Positions 17,710-27,182 are shown, counted from the stretch's first letter. The stretch: 34,927 nucleotides of DNA from an uncultured Actinomycetes bacterium (GCA_963706025.1 CAVPLM010000025.1:1-34927); one strand, 5' to 3'. Numbers and translations: made by a program. Notes: a model not told the origin generated them from the letters alone.

Positions 17710-19173
17710 CTAGTAGACGTAGGGCTGAGGGGCAGCTACTTCCGGTTTGGGCGAACCCGCCGGGAAGCAGAGGGCGGAGACGATCACCGGCTCGTACTTC
17801 CATTTGCCGCCGGTGGCCGCCACCCACTGGTGGGCGCCCAAAGCTCCCTTGTAGACGTTCGGGTGCGGCCGGAAGCTGGTGGGAGCAAACGGATCGGCAT
17901 CGAGCGGCGCGGTGAAGTCGACTGGGCCGCCGATACACTCCAGTTTCATCGTCTTGATGGCGTCGATGACCGCGTTCTTGTCATCGACGTTCGTGCAGCG
18001 CTTGAAGACGTCGAGCCCCATCTCGTAGCGGTCCATGCCGGCGCCGATGGCGGGCTGCCACTGCATCCCGGTGTCCGCCTCGAACTTGTCCGCGAGCTTG
18101 TCGCACGTCAGACCCGTGATCCAGTCCGTGTAGGGCCACTTGCGGTGCCACCCACCCTCACCCATGAGGTTGACACCCGAATCGCCGAGCGCCTCGATGG
18201 CCTTCGGGAAGCCGATGGCCAGAGTCATGCTGGGGATCGTGGGATGGAATCCCTGCTGCAGGCTCTGCTTCCAGAAATTGGTGAAGTCCGGGGTAGCACA
18301 GGCGCCGGTCAGGATGTCGCAACCGGCCTTCTTGAACTGGGCTATCTGGTCGGTGAAGTCTTCGGTGCCTGGAGTGAAGAGACCGGGAGAGGTCACTTCG
18401 TAGCCGAAAGCCTGGTACACGGGCACACCGGACTGGACATGAGCCTTGCCGTCGTCGTCGTTCATGGTCAGGAAGGCGATCTTCTTGTTCGTGGGGATCT
18501 TTGCGAAGGCTTCGGCCAGGCATTGGTGCATCTGCTCGGCGCCCAGCGAGTGGAGGTAGGTCCACTTGAACGGCGTCTTGCCGTCGTTTCCTCGACCGAA
18601 GGTGAACGCGGTCCACGGGTTGTTTTGGCCCAGGAACGGACATCCATTCGTCTCGGCCTGATCGGCAGCCGGGTTGCAGATGGAAGGACTGCCCCCTCCC
18701 AACAGGAGGTCCACCTTGTCGTTTATGATCAGGTCGCCCGCGACCTGCGAGGCCCGGGCCGCGTCAGACTGAGCATCGCGAAGTTCGATCTGGAGGGGGT
18801 GGACCTTGCCGTCGCCGCAGAGGAGGCCGTCTTTGAAGACGTCCTCGACGACGCCCTTGGCCCATTCCTCCGCCTGAGCAAGAACGGCGAACATACCGGT
18901 GATCGGCTGGACGGATCCGAGCTTGATCGCCCGGCCGACCTCGGCGGCGGTGGTAACGGTCGTACTGCTCGCTCCCGTCGTGGTTGTGGCGGGGGCGGCT
19001 GTAGTAGTTGTCTGGGCTCCGCTCGTCGTTGAGGCGCCCGCGGTCGTCGTTGTGGTTTCTTCTGACCCGCAGGCCGCGGCCAGGCCCCCCAGCCCGCCCG
19101 CAAAACCGATCGAGGCGCCGGCGATGCCGGCCAGTTTCAGGAAGTTGCGCCGGCTTACTGACTTGCTCTGCAT
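17710..19173 (-). CDS. Tat-exported ABC transporter substrate-binding lipoprotein (Leu/Ile/Val-binding, PBP1 family)
   Basis: SRRNFLK, lipobox AAAC, Thr-rich linker, RDAQSD..RASQVAGDLI, PGTEDFTDQIAQFK. Confidence 0.9.
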   Translation of the reverse strand: MQSKSVSRRNFLKLAGIAGASIGFAGGLGGLAAACGSEETTTTTAGASTTSGAQTTTTAAPATTTTGASSTTVTTAAEVGRAIKLGSVQPITGMFAVLAQAEEWAKGVVEDVFKDGLLCGDGKVHPLQIELRDAQSDAARASQVAGDLIINDKVDLLLGGGSPSICNPAADQAETNGCPFLGQNNPWTAFTFGRGNDGKTPFKWTYLHSLGAEQMHQCLAEAFAKIPTNKKIAFLTMNDDDGKAHVQSGVPVYQAFGYEVTSPGLFTPGTEDFTDQIAQFKKAGCDILTGACATPDFTNFWKQSLQQGFHPTIPSMTLAIGFPKAIEALGDSGVNLMGEGGWHRKWPYTDWITGLTCDKLADKFEADTGMQWQPAIGAGMDRYEMGLDVFKRCTNVDDKNAVIDAIKTMKLECIGGPVDFTAPLDADPFAPTSFRPHPNVYKGALGAHQWVAATGGKWKYEPVIVSALCFPAGSPKPEVAAPQPYVY

Positions 19174-19230
19174 CGAACCCCTCCCTCGTTAGTGCAGTAT
19201 GCGATTGCGGTACCGGTCCCACGTAAGCTA

Positions 19231-19911
19231 CTACGTCGCCAGGTGTTTGATGACATCCACGGTATTGGTGACAAGTGAATAGGTGGGCGCCAGCAGTTCG
19301 AATACGACCCGCTCGACCTGCTTTTCGGCGGTCTCCGTCGTCCAGCCTTCGGGCAGCGTGACCCGCGGGACGAGCACACACGCGGCATCCTGGGGGATCA
19401 CGACGTTGTACCAGAGGTCGGCGGCCTGCAGAGTAGACGTGTAGACGACCGAATGACCGGCAAAGCCGCAGAAGACGATGGTATCCACACCGCGAAGCCT
19501 CAGCCAGATGTCTAGCCCCGACATGGTGAAGGCGCCCAAGTTCCAGTTGATGAGCACACCCTCTTCCGGCCGCCTGTTCATCTCGGGCATGACGTCGAGG
19601 GCGACCCGCAGCGTCTCGTCGTGGAGGATGTCCATCTCGAGTCCGCGCGACCGCATCTCCTTATATATGTGGCCGAAGACCGGTACCGCCCCGATGGCGC
19701 CCGTCGAGTGCGCGTTAACGAAACAGATGGGAAGTTGCTTTCCCCGGAAGGCCGCCAGCAGGTCTTGGATGCGGCCGAGCATACCCGATTCCTTGATGGC
19801 CACCGCCGCGTCCGGGCCCCAGTTGGGAATCAAGGTCTGGGAGCCGGCCAGGCCGTTCTGCATGTGCATGAGCACGAGCGCAGGTTTTCCCGGCATTTGC
19901 CATTCATCCAC
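19231..19911 (-). CDS. Isochorismatase/cysteine hydrolase-fold protein B (catalytic triad not conserved)
   Basis: PALVLMHMQN, GAFTMSGLDIWLRLRGVDTIVFCGF, TLQAADLWYNVVIPQDAAC. Confidence 0.85.
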   Translation of the reverse strand: MDEWQMPGKPALVLMHMQNGLAGSQTLIPNWGPDAAVAIKESGMLGRIQDLLAAFRGKQLPICFVNAHSTGAIGAVPVFGHIYKEMRSRGLEMDILHDETLRVALDVMPEMNRRPEEGVLINWNLGAFTMSGLDIWLRLRGVDTIVFCGFAGHSVVYTSTLQAADLWYNVVIPQDAACVLVPRVTLPEGWTTETAEKQVERVVFELLAPTYSLVTNTVDVIKHLAT

Positions 19912-19968
19912 TAGCTGGCCCTTTCTGAGGTTCGTACAGTGAATCTGCTATTTCTCCGGGCAATCCCT

Positions 19969-19998
19969 ATTTAAGACTTCTGCGGTCTCGTCTGTCAA
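19969..19998 (-). promoter_or_regulatory. Candidate sigma70 promoter for hydrolase B and the binding protein
   Basis: TTGACA-N18-TTAAAT. Confidence 0.35.
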
Positions 19999-20145
19999 GC
20001 TGATAATCAGAGTCGGTCGATTAGCTTCATCTAGCGATTCACCGCTGGGAAGACCGACGCGGCCGGCTACAAGTGAGAGCGACAATGTCCGCCGAACCGG
20101 TGACGAGACAATACGCGGCCGCACGACGTCGAACACCACGTGCTC

Positions 20146-20268
20146 CTAGTTCTTGCCCTCAGCCGCGAAGTTGGTGCTTGACGGCATGATGGAATGACGG
20201 ACGTTCATGGCCGTGGCGATGCCGGCTAATTTAATGAATTCGCGACGGCTGACTGACTTCTACTGCAT
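20146..20268 (-). pseudogene. Remnant of a Tat signal peptide paralogous to the binding-protein N-terminus
   Basis: MQ*KSVSRREFIKLAGIAT... versus MQSKSVSRRNFLKLAGIAG at 19173. Confidence 0.7.
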
Positions 20269-20316
20269 GGGTACTCACCCTAGATCAGTTTGCCCGAAAT
20301 GCGATCCTCGGTTTGG

Positions 20317-20985
20317 CTAAAGGTGGGCTATCACATCCTCGACAGTGGTGACCAAGCCCCACGTGCGCATCATCTTGTTCAGGACGACATCCGCGCAATC
20401 CTGATCTCGGGCAGACGAGCCGCTGGCGTCCTGCGGGACGACCACCGAGAACCACTGACGGGTGAAATCGAGCATGGCGTTGTAGAGGATCGAATGGGCC
20501 GTCCAGCCGGTCAGTACGATCTCCTTCACGGACAACTGCCTGAGGTATTCGCCCAGCATGCTCCCCGTGAGCGGACTGTGACTCTGGTGGTAGAACACGG
20601 GTTCTTCCGGCAGTCGGCCCAACTCCGGGATTATTCCGCAGCCTCCAGCCACCATCGGGTTGTCGAGATGCCCCTTGGGGGCCATCTGTCTTCCTATCTC
20701 GAAGATGAAGCCCCACTTCGGCAGACTGCCGAAGCCGTCCATGATCACGGCCACGAAGCAGATCGGGAGCCTCTTCTCACGGAAGGCCGCGATCAACTTC
20801 TTCTGCTGCTCAATGATGCCTAGCCTATCTATCGCCTCCCTTTCTTCGGCAAAAGCGCCCTCCTTGCTTCCCACGACCGCCATCTGCATGTGGCAAATGA
20901 CTAGGGCCGGGTCCCCGTCGAAACTCCACTCAGCGACTTCCCACTTCCCGTCCTTGAACCCGGGCATGCTGCTGAGGTCTGCCAT
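20317..20985 (-). CDS. Isochorismatase/cysteine hydrolase-fold protein A (catalytic triad not conserved)
   Basis: PALVICHMQM, SPLTGSMLGEYLRQLSVKEIVLTGW, FSVVVPQDAS. Start overlaps the upstream stop (TGATG). Confidence 0.85.
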   Translation of the reverse strand: MADLSSMPGFKDGKWEVAEWSFDGDPALVICHMQMAVVGSKEGAFAEEREAIDRLGIIEQQKKLIAAFREKRLPICFVAVIMDGFGSLPKWGFIFEIGRQMAPKGHLDNPMVAGGCGIIPELGRLPEEPVFYHQSHSPLTGSMLGEYLRQLSVKEIVLTGWTAHSILYNAMLDFTRQWFSVVVPQDASGSSARDQDCADVVLNKMMRTWGLVTTVEDVIAHL

Positions 20986-22928
20986 CAGATCCTCCTGGCA
21001 GTCAGGAACCCTTCATGGATGGCATCGAAGATCATGCGCGGACCCAGGCAATCCCCCACCCCGTACACCTCGGCGCTGGTCTCTTCTTCCAAGTGGTCTC
21101 TCAGAGCGGTTTGCGGCAGGAAACCAGAGGCGAGCACGATACTGTCTGCGGGTAACTGCTGCCGCTTGCCATCCTTGCCCACGACTACGGCCGCGTCGTT
21201 GAGCACGGAGTCCAGTCGCGTGCCGGTGCACACCGTCACCCCGTTCCCGGCTGCTCCGCACTCACCCAATTTGCACGCATACGCGGTCCGGTTATGGCCG
21301 ACACCGCACATGAACTCGTCCAGCATCTCGATGAACGTGACCTCTTTTCCCTGCTCAGCCAGGAAAAGCCCTACCTCCGTCCCCGTGACGCCTCCGCCGA
21401 CGACCACTACCCGCTTGCCGGTTTCTGCTTTCCCACCGAGGACCGCCAGCGCGTCGGTGACTATGGGTTTGTCGATACCGGGCACATCCAGTCTGTTCAG
21501 TGCCGCCCCTGCCGCAACGATCACCGCGTCGAACTCTCCGGCTTTGATCGTCTCGATGGTCGCCTCTTCGTTGATCACGTTGATGTTGAGTTTCTCCATC
21601 TGGGCGTCGTAGTAGCTCAGAAGCCGCCTGATGTCGGCCTTGAACTCCGGGACCGAGGCCTCGAGCAAGGCGCCGCCCAGTTTCCGCTTCTCGTACAGGC
21701 TTACGTTGTGGCCGCGCAGGGCGCATACCCTGGCAGCCTCCATCCCGCCGGGACCGCCGCCGATCACGGCCACCTTCTTCGTGCGCTCAGCCGGAGTGAT
21801 GGCCAGGGTGTCGTGCTTGAATAGTGTCGGGTTCACCGTGCACACGATATGGCGGGAGGTGAGAGTGGACCTGTCGTGACATCCGTCATTGCAGCGGATG
21901 CACGGCCGGATGTCTTCGGGCGTTCCCTCTCTTGCCTTGTTCGGCCATTCAGGGTCGGCGAAGAATTGCCGAGCCATGGCTATGAAGTCCGCATCGCCGC
22001 TTGCCAGGACCTCCTCAGCCAGCTCAGGAGTGGGTATGGAGCCCGAGACGATCAGCGGAATGCTGACTTCCTTCCTGAGCGCCGCGGCGGCTGGGACATG
22101 GGGCGCCAAGGGGATGAGCATGGGGCTGGCGCAGTACATCGTCTCCGCATGGGTACCGCCGGACACATGGATGACGCTCACACCCTCGGCCTCGAGCGCC
22201 TTGGCCACCTGCAGGCTTTCTTCGAGCTCAATGCCGCCCGGCTCATGGTCGATCAGGCTCAGCCTCACGCTCAGTGGGAAGCTGTCGCCCACCTTCTTCC
22301 TGATGTCCCTCACGATCTCGACCAAGAACCTCATGCGGTTGTACAGCGAACCGCCGTACATGTCGGTGCGCATGTTCGAAGAGGGAGCGAGGAAGTTGTT
22401 GGGGAGGGTCCCGTGGCCTCCAAGTACCTCGACAAGGTCAAAACCCGCCTGCCTGCCCCGCCGGGCGGCGTCGCCAAAGAAACCGACGAGCTCGTGTATC
22501 TCTTCGATGGTGAGCTCTTGCGGAACCGAAAGACCCCACTGGTACCATCCCTCCCACTGGACGCGTGAGGCTGCCTTTGCCGTCCCGGCAGCTACAAAAG
22601 CTGAATCCCGACCGGCATGAGACAGTTGCAGGGCGGACCGCGCGCCATAGTCGGCAATCGATGACGCGAGCAGGGACAATCCGGGGATGAACGCGTCAGA
22701 CCCCGCGATAATGCCCATATGGGGCTCCGGCAAGACTGTTCCGTTGTCGACGAACACCAGCCCGGTACCCCCCCGGGCTATCTCTGAGTAGTACCTGACC
22801 TGCCTCTCGCTGACCGACCCGTCCGCGTGCGCCAAAAAGAGCGCCGTGGGCGCCTTGACGATCCGGTTGCGAAGCTCCAGCGGTCCTATCCGGCCCCGCT
22901 GAAACAGTCTCGGGAACATGGCATTCAC
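20985..22928 (-). CDS. NADH:flavin oxidoreductase (OYE / 2,4-dienoyl-CoA reductase / BaiCD-like; FMN, 4Fe-4S, FAD)
   Basis: LRNRIVKAP, QLSHAGR, NMRTDMYGGS..NRMRF, CIRCNDGC..C.VNP, GGGPGGMEAA, GGGVTGTE. AAGGAG RBS before GTG 22928. Confidence 0.93.
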   Translation of the reverse strand: MNAMFPRLFQRGRIGPLELRNRIVKAPTALFLAHADGSVSERQVRYYSEIARGGTGLVFVDNGTVLPEPHMGIIAGSDAFIPGLSLLASSIADYGARSALQLSHAGRDSAFVAAGTAKAASRVQWEGWYQWGLSVPQELTIEEIHELVGFFGDAARRGRQAGFDLVEVLGGHGTLPNNFLAPSSNMRTDMYGGSLYNRMRFLVEIVRDIRKKVGDSFPLSVRLSLIDHEPGGIELEESLQVAKALEAEGVSVIHVSGGTHAETMYCASPMLIPLAPHVPAAAALRKEVSIPLIVSGSIPTPELAEEVLASGDADFIAMARQFFADPEWPNKAREGTPEDIRPCIRCNDGCHDRSTLTSRHIVCTVNPTLFKHDTLAITPAERTKKVAVIGGGPGGMEAARVCALRGHNVSLYEKRKLGGALLEASVPEFKADIRRLLSYYDAQMEKLNINVINEEATIETIKAGEFDAVIVAAGAALNRLDVPGIDKPIVTDALAVLGGKAETGKRVVVVGGGVTGTEVGLFLAEQGKEVTFIEMLDEFMCGVGHNRTAYACKLGECGAAGNGVTVCTGTRLDSVLNDAAVVVGKDGKRQQLPADSIVLASGFLPQTALRDHLEEETSAEVYGVGDCLGPRMIFDAIHEGFLTARRI

Positions 22929-23061
22929 GTCATCTGCTCCTTGTTTCGTTGTGCTCGCCCTTGTGCCCTGAGTCGCCGGCTTCTGGCATTCGACTTCTGC
23001 GTGAACCGTGCATATATCCAGGTGCGCGGCTCCGAAGCTCACCGTTCCGGCTCTTCCTTGT

Positions 23062-23096
23062 TGACCCACCATTCATTCGTTGTGACCGATGGTTCA
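23062..23096. promoter_or_regulatory. Two candidate TetR operators
   Basis: TGACC-cacc-ATTCA (23062) and TGACC-gatg-GTTCA (23083), 21 bp apart. Confidence 0.6.
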
Positions 23097-23105
23097 GCAG
23101 ATGTC

Positions 23106-23134
23106 ACGCTACGCGCTTCCCGGATATCTGTCAA
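23106..23134 (-). promoter_or_regulatory. Sigma70 promoter of the flavin oxidoreductase operon
   Basis: TTGACA-N17-TAGCGT. Confidence 0.6.
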
Positions 23135-23168
23135 GTCCGTGTTTCTTCTGAGAAACAGTCCAAAGACG

Positions 23169-23196
23169 TTGGATTTGCGCCCTGATTTGCTATAGT
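23169..23196 (+). promoter_or_regulatory. Candidate promoter of the tetR operon
   Basis: TTGGAT-N16-TATAGT with an extended -10 TG. Confidence 0.45.
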
Positions 23197-23226
23197 GAGG
23201 CAGACCGAATAGTGAGTCACCCTGGC

Positions 23227-23240
23227 TGACCGATGATTCA
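23227..23240. promoter_or_regulatory. Third candidate TetR operator
   Basis: TGACC-gatg-ATTCA in the tetR leader. Confidence 0.6.
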
Positions 23241-23269
23241 ACCATCCAGCCGCACTTGCTACATGGGAG

Positions 23270-24232
23270 ATGTGCATGGTTGCTTTGAGCGTTGCGGCGG
23301 CTAGCCGGCCGGCGACCCGGGAAGAAGACGAGGACCCGCAGAGCAAGAGGGACCAGATCGTCGGGCAGGCTATCGTCATGTTCAGCCGGCTCGGGTACCA
23401 CGGGACCCGGGTGGGCGATATCACCGAGGCCCTGAATATGGGCAAGAGCAGCTTCTACCTTCATTTCCGCAGCAAGAAGGAGCTGCTCCTCACCTGTTTC
23501 AGCCGGGCGGATGAGTTCGCGAAGCAGATGAAGACGCTCCCTGAGGCCCAGGACGGCGATTTCGTCAGCGCGACCGCCGCGTGGATCCGGATCGCTAATG
23601 CCCACGCCTGGTGGTCGGACCTTCTCAACTTATTGAGAGCGGCTGAGTCGTCTCCTGACCTGGAGATAAGGACCAAGGCGCGCGAGGCGCAGGAGATCGT
23701 GGTCATGAACCTGAAGCATGATCTGGAAGAGGCCATCGAGGCCGGCCGGGTCCGCAGCATCAACACCGAGTTGGCCGCCTACGGCTTTCAAGGCTTCGTC
23801 GACAATCTCTGGCTTCGCTCCCGCTTCGTTGAGCGCTATACGCCGGACCTGCTGTACGAGTTCATGGTCGACTGGGTCGAGCGCTGGCTTGGAGCAGATA
23901 CCCCTCGAGAAGAACCGGTCTGGTCGCGCCCCGACCATGCCGCCCACCTCGTCCTGCGCGACGGCACCGAGTTCGACCTCCGCGACCTCCGCTGCAACGG
24001 CGAGACCCACGTAACCGGCGTGCTGGGTCTAGGTGAGATCGACATCGACCTGGGCAGGTTGTCCCACCTCGTTGTGACGGAGACCGCCGACGGATGCCTC
24101 GCCGACGTCACGTTGACGAACGAAACAGCGGCTCAGCTCCGTCTCGATGGCTCGATCATCGTTTCGGGCGAGAACCACCTGGGACGGGTGCGTGTCACCC
24201 TCGGCAATCTATCCAGCCTGAAACGAGACTGA
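23270..24232 (+). CDS. TetR/AcrR family regulator with extra C-terminal domain
   Basis: FSRLGYHGTRVGDITEALNMGKSSFYLHFRSKKELL. 320 aa. Confidence 0.9.
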   Translation: MCMVALSVAAASRPATREEDEDPQSKRDQIVGQAIVMFSRLGYHGTRVGDITEALNMGKSSFYLHFRSKKELLLTCFSRADEFAKQMKTLPEAQDGDFVSATAAWIRIANAHAWWSDLLNLLRAAESSPDLEIRTKAREAQEIVVMNLKHDLEEAIEAGRVRSINTELAAYGFQGFVDNLWLRSRFVERYTPDLLYEFMVDWVERWLGADTPREEPVWSRPDHAAHLVLRDGTEFDLRDLRCNGETHVTGVLGLGEIDIDLGRLSHLVVTETADGCLADVTLTNETAAQLRLDGSIIVSGENHLGRVRVTLGNLSSLKRD

Positions 24233-24251
24233 AGCGCGAGGAGTGAGGGGC

Positions 24252-25655
24252 ATGGGACTGACACGCCACCTGGCTCGTCACATCGTCGAGACCGATTTCC
24301 AGTCGCTCGACGCGGCGTCGGTCGAACGCGCGAAACTGCGCATCCTGGATTCCTGTGGATGCGCACTGGCAGGGGTGGAAGCGCCCGGCTGCTCGATGGT
24401 GGGCAACCTGGTGATGGGTTGGGGCGGTAGGCCGGAGAGCACCATCCTCGGTCACGGCGGCGCGGTCCCGGCGCAGAACGCGGCACTGCTGAACAGCTTG
24501 ACGACCCGGTCCTACGACTACGAACCGGTCGAGGCGGAGTTCGCCGACAGGACGAGCCCGGCCCACATCAGCGGAACCACCGTCCCTGTGGCTTTGGCCG
24601 TGGCCGAGAGGCAGTCGGCCGGCGGCAAGGATCTCCTTACCGCCTTGATAGTCGGGGACGACCTGGCAGCCAGACTGGCAGCCAATTCCGGCTTCGACTT
24701 CTCGGTGGGCTGGGACACCACGGGCACCATCAACGTCTTTGGGGCGACGGCGATCGCCTGCAAACTGCTGCGGTTGAGCGAGCAGCAGGTCTTCAATGCG
24801 CTGGGCATCGCGCTGGGCAGGCTGTCCGGTACGTTCGCCGGGGTGTTCGATAGGACCCTGGCTTTCAAATTGCCCATAGCTTTCGCGGCAAGAGAAGGGA
24901 TCGTTGCCGCTGAACTGGCGCAGCAGGGGTTCCCGGGGGTCGACGAGCCGCTGGTGGGGAGGTGCGGCTACTTCTCTATGTACTGCCGGGTTCATGACGC
25001 CGGCCAGGTCACCAGAGACCTGGGGACGCGGTTGTACTCGGATTGCGTCTTCAAACCGTACTCCGCCTGCAGGTCGACCCATCCCTCCATCGACTGCGCC
25101 CTCGCCTTGGCGAGGGCCGACGAGATCGATGCCGGCGAGGTGGCGGAGGTCGAGGTGCACGTGACGGAACACACCGCGAAGTCGTTCGTCGGGCAGCCGT
25201 TCTCACGGGCCGATCTGGAGCAGCCCGACGGCACGTTCAGCATCAGATACTGCGTCGCGGCGGCCTTGGTGTGGAAAGAGGTCACGCCGGCGCAGTTCAC
25301 CGAAGAGTCCCTTCGTGACCCACGGGTGCAGCACCTGTTGGCCCGGATGGACCTCGTTCCCGACATGCTGCCGGGGACCGTCGGCCACAGGGACGTCGAC
25401 CGCGCGGTAGAGATACGTTTGGTGATGTGCAACGGTACGGTGCTGCGGGCGCGAGGCGGCCGGGAGGCAGGCGACGTACCCGAGGTTCGGCTGAGCACAG
25501 ACGACATCAAGGCGAAGTTCGTCGCGAATGCGGCGTTTGGACGCCAGGTGAGCAGCGACGCCGCCGAGCGCGCCATGGGGGTTATCGAGCGGCTCGAGGA
25601 GTCAAAGAACGTCAAGGAGTTGACGGGGCTGCTGGTGAAGAGCGATAAGGTCTAG
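24252..25655 (+). CDS. MmgE/PrpD family protein
   Basis: AKLRILDSCGCALAG, AALLN....YDY, AHIS, FKPYSACRSTHPSID, FSIRYCVAAAL, IKAKF. Confidence 0.92.
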   Translation: MGLTRHLARHIVETDFQSLDAASVERAKLRILDSCGCALAGVEAPGCSMVGNLVMGWGGRPESTILGHGGAVPAQNAALLNSLTTRSYDYEPVEAEFADRTSPAHISGTTVPVALAVAERQSAGGKDLLTALIVGDDLAARLAANSGFDFSVGWDTTGTINVFGATAIACKLLRLSEQQVFNALGIALGRLSGTFAGVFDRTLAFKLPIAFAAREGIVAAELAQQGFPGVDEPLVGRCGYFSMYCRVHDAGQVTRDLGTRLYSDCVFKPYSACRSTHPSIDCALALARADEIDAGEVAEVEVHVTEHTAKSFVGQPFSRADLEQPDGTFSIRYCVAAALVWKEVTPAQFTEESLRDPRVQHLLARMDLVPDMLPGTVGHRDVDRAVEIRLVMCNGTVLRARGGREAGDVPEVRLSTDDIKAKFVANAAFGRQVSSDAAERAMGVIERLEESKNVKELTGLLVKSDKV

Positions 25656-25695
25656 TCGAAACGCGAGCGCCGGGTCGAGTGCGACACACGACCAG

Positions 25696-27182
25696 GTGAG
25701 CGAGGAAGATGAGGTAAATGAGGTGTCAAGGAAGCTGGCAGAGATCGTAGGTGCGGAGGGGGTCATCACGACCCCGGAGGAACTGGCGGAATACGCAGCG
25801 ACGCCCGGCCGTGCAGCCGGGGGAACAGCCGGATGCTTGGTGAGGCCTACCGGCAAGGCGGAATTGCAGGCGATCGTCGAATGGGCCAACGAAGAAGGAG
25901 TGTCCCTCGTTCCGGCCAGTTCCGGGGCGCCGCACTTCCATGGGGGTACGGCTCCCTGCTCAGAGGGCGCCGTCATGGTCGACCTGCGCAGGATGAACAG
26001 GATCGTACGGGTCGACGCCGCCAACCGAGTGGCCATCGTAGAGCCGGGAGTGACCTTCGGCGAACTGCAGACGGAGTTGGCACGGCACGGCCTGACCGCG
26101 TACATGCCTCTGTTGCCCCGCAGCGGCAAATCGGTACTGGCCAGCGTGCTGGACAGGGAACCCGTCTTGATGCCGGCAGCCCACTTCGACAGCGCCGACC
26201 CGATGCTGTGCACGGAGATCGTGTTCGGCACAGGCGACAGCATGAGAACGGGCGAGGCCGCCGGGCCGGACGCTCTCGAAGAGCAGTGGGAGATCGGCAA
26301 GGCCCAGATCAGCCCCTTCGGCCCGACGCAGATGGACATGCAGAGGCTGGTCTCGGGCGCGCAGGGGACCATCGGCATCGTCACGTGGATGTCCCTGAAG
26401 TGCCGGTTCCTGTCCGAGTTGACGCGTTCCTTCTTCATTCCCAGCGCCAGCCTCGAACCCCTGATCGAGCTGAGCTACCACCTCACTCGGATCCGCTTCA
26501 CCGGCAACATCTTCATCGTCAACGGGCTGAATCTGGCCGCTCTTCTTCGCAACGGCTCTCAGGAGATAGCGGCCCTGCGCGACGGCCTGCCTCCGTGGGT
26601 CATGTTCGTGGGCTGCGAGGGCTACGGGCTGCTGCCCGAGGAGAAGGTCGCAGTACCTGGAGGCCGACCTTGAGGAGTTGGCGGCTTCGTACGGCCTGCG
26701 GACTCGGAGACCGGTATCTCCGGCGCCTCTGCCGAGGAGCTCTACGCCCTTCTGATGCAGCCTTCGCCCGAGCCCTACTGGAAGCTCAGGTCCAGAGGCG
26801 GCTTTCGAGGACATCTTCTTCCTCACCACCCAGGGGAAGACCCCCGAGTTCGCCGAGATGATGTCGCAACTGGCCGGCAGCGGGGATTCCCGCCGGAGAC
26901 ATCGGCGTATACATCCAGCCGGTCGTCCAGGGCACCAGCTGTCACTGCGAGTTCGACCTCTACTACGATCCCGCCGACGAGGCTGCAGCGGAAGTGGCCC
27001 GGCAATCTGGCAGCCGCGGCCGCTGATGGACTCGAAGCCCCGGGAGCCTTCTTCTCGAGGCCCTACGGCGCTGGGCGGATGTGGCCTACCGGCGCTGCCC
27101 CGACACCGCCGCGATGCAGAAGAAGGTCAAGGACATCTTCGATCCCAACGGGATACTCAATCCCGGCAAGCTGTGCTTCTGG
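25696..27182 (+). CDS. FAD-binding oxidoreductase (GlcD/VAO-PCMH family), several frameshifts after ~26650
   Basis: VDLRRMNRI, VEPGVT, GAQGTIGIVT, HCEFD, FFSRPYG and KVKDIFDPNGILNPGKLCF across frames. Confidence 0.82.

Noticed and set aside
17830-19032. Long antisense ORFs (e.g. 17830-19032, 1985-3034, 9359-10507, 24195-25172)
   Set aside because: These are shadows of real genes on the opposite strand, expected at high GC, and carry no motifs.
18940-19060. Thr-codon-rich low-complexity DNA repeats (also ~2480-2620 and ~5570-5630)
   Set aside because: They are coding linkers of lipoproteins, not independent repeat elements.
20260-20262. Pyrrolysine read-through of TAG in the Tat remnant
   Set aside because: The ORF ends after 40 codons with no mature domain, and no pyl genes are in the window.
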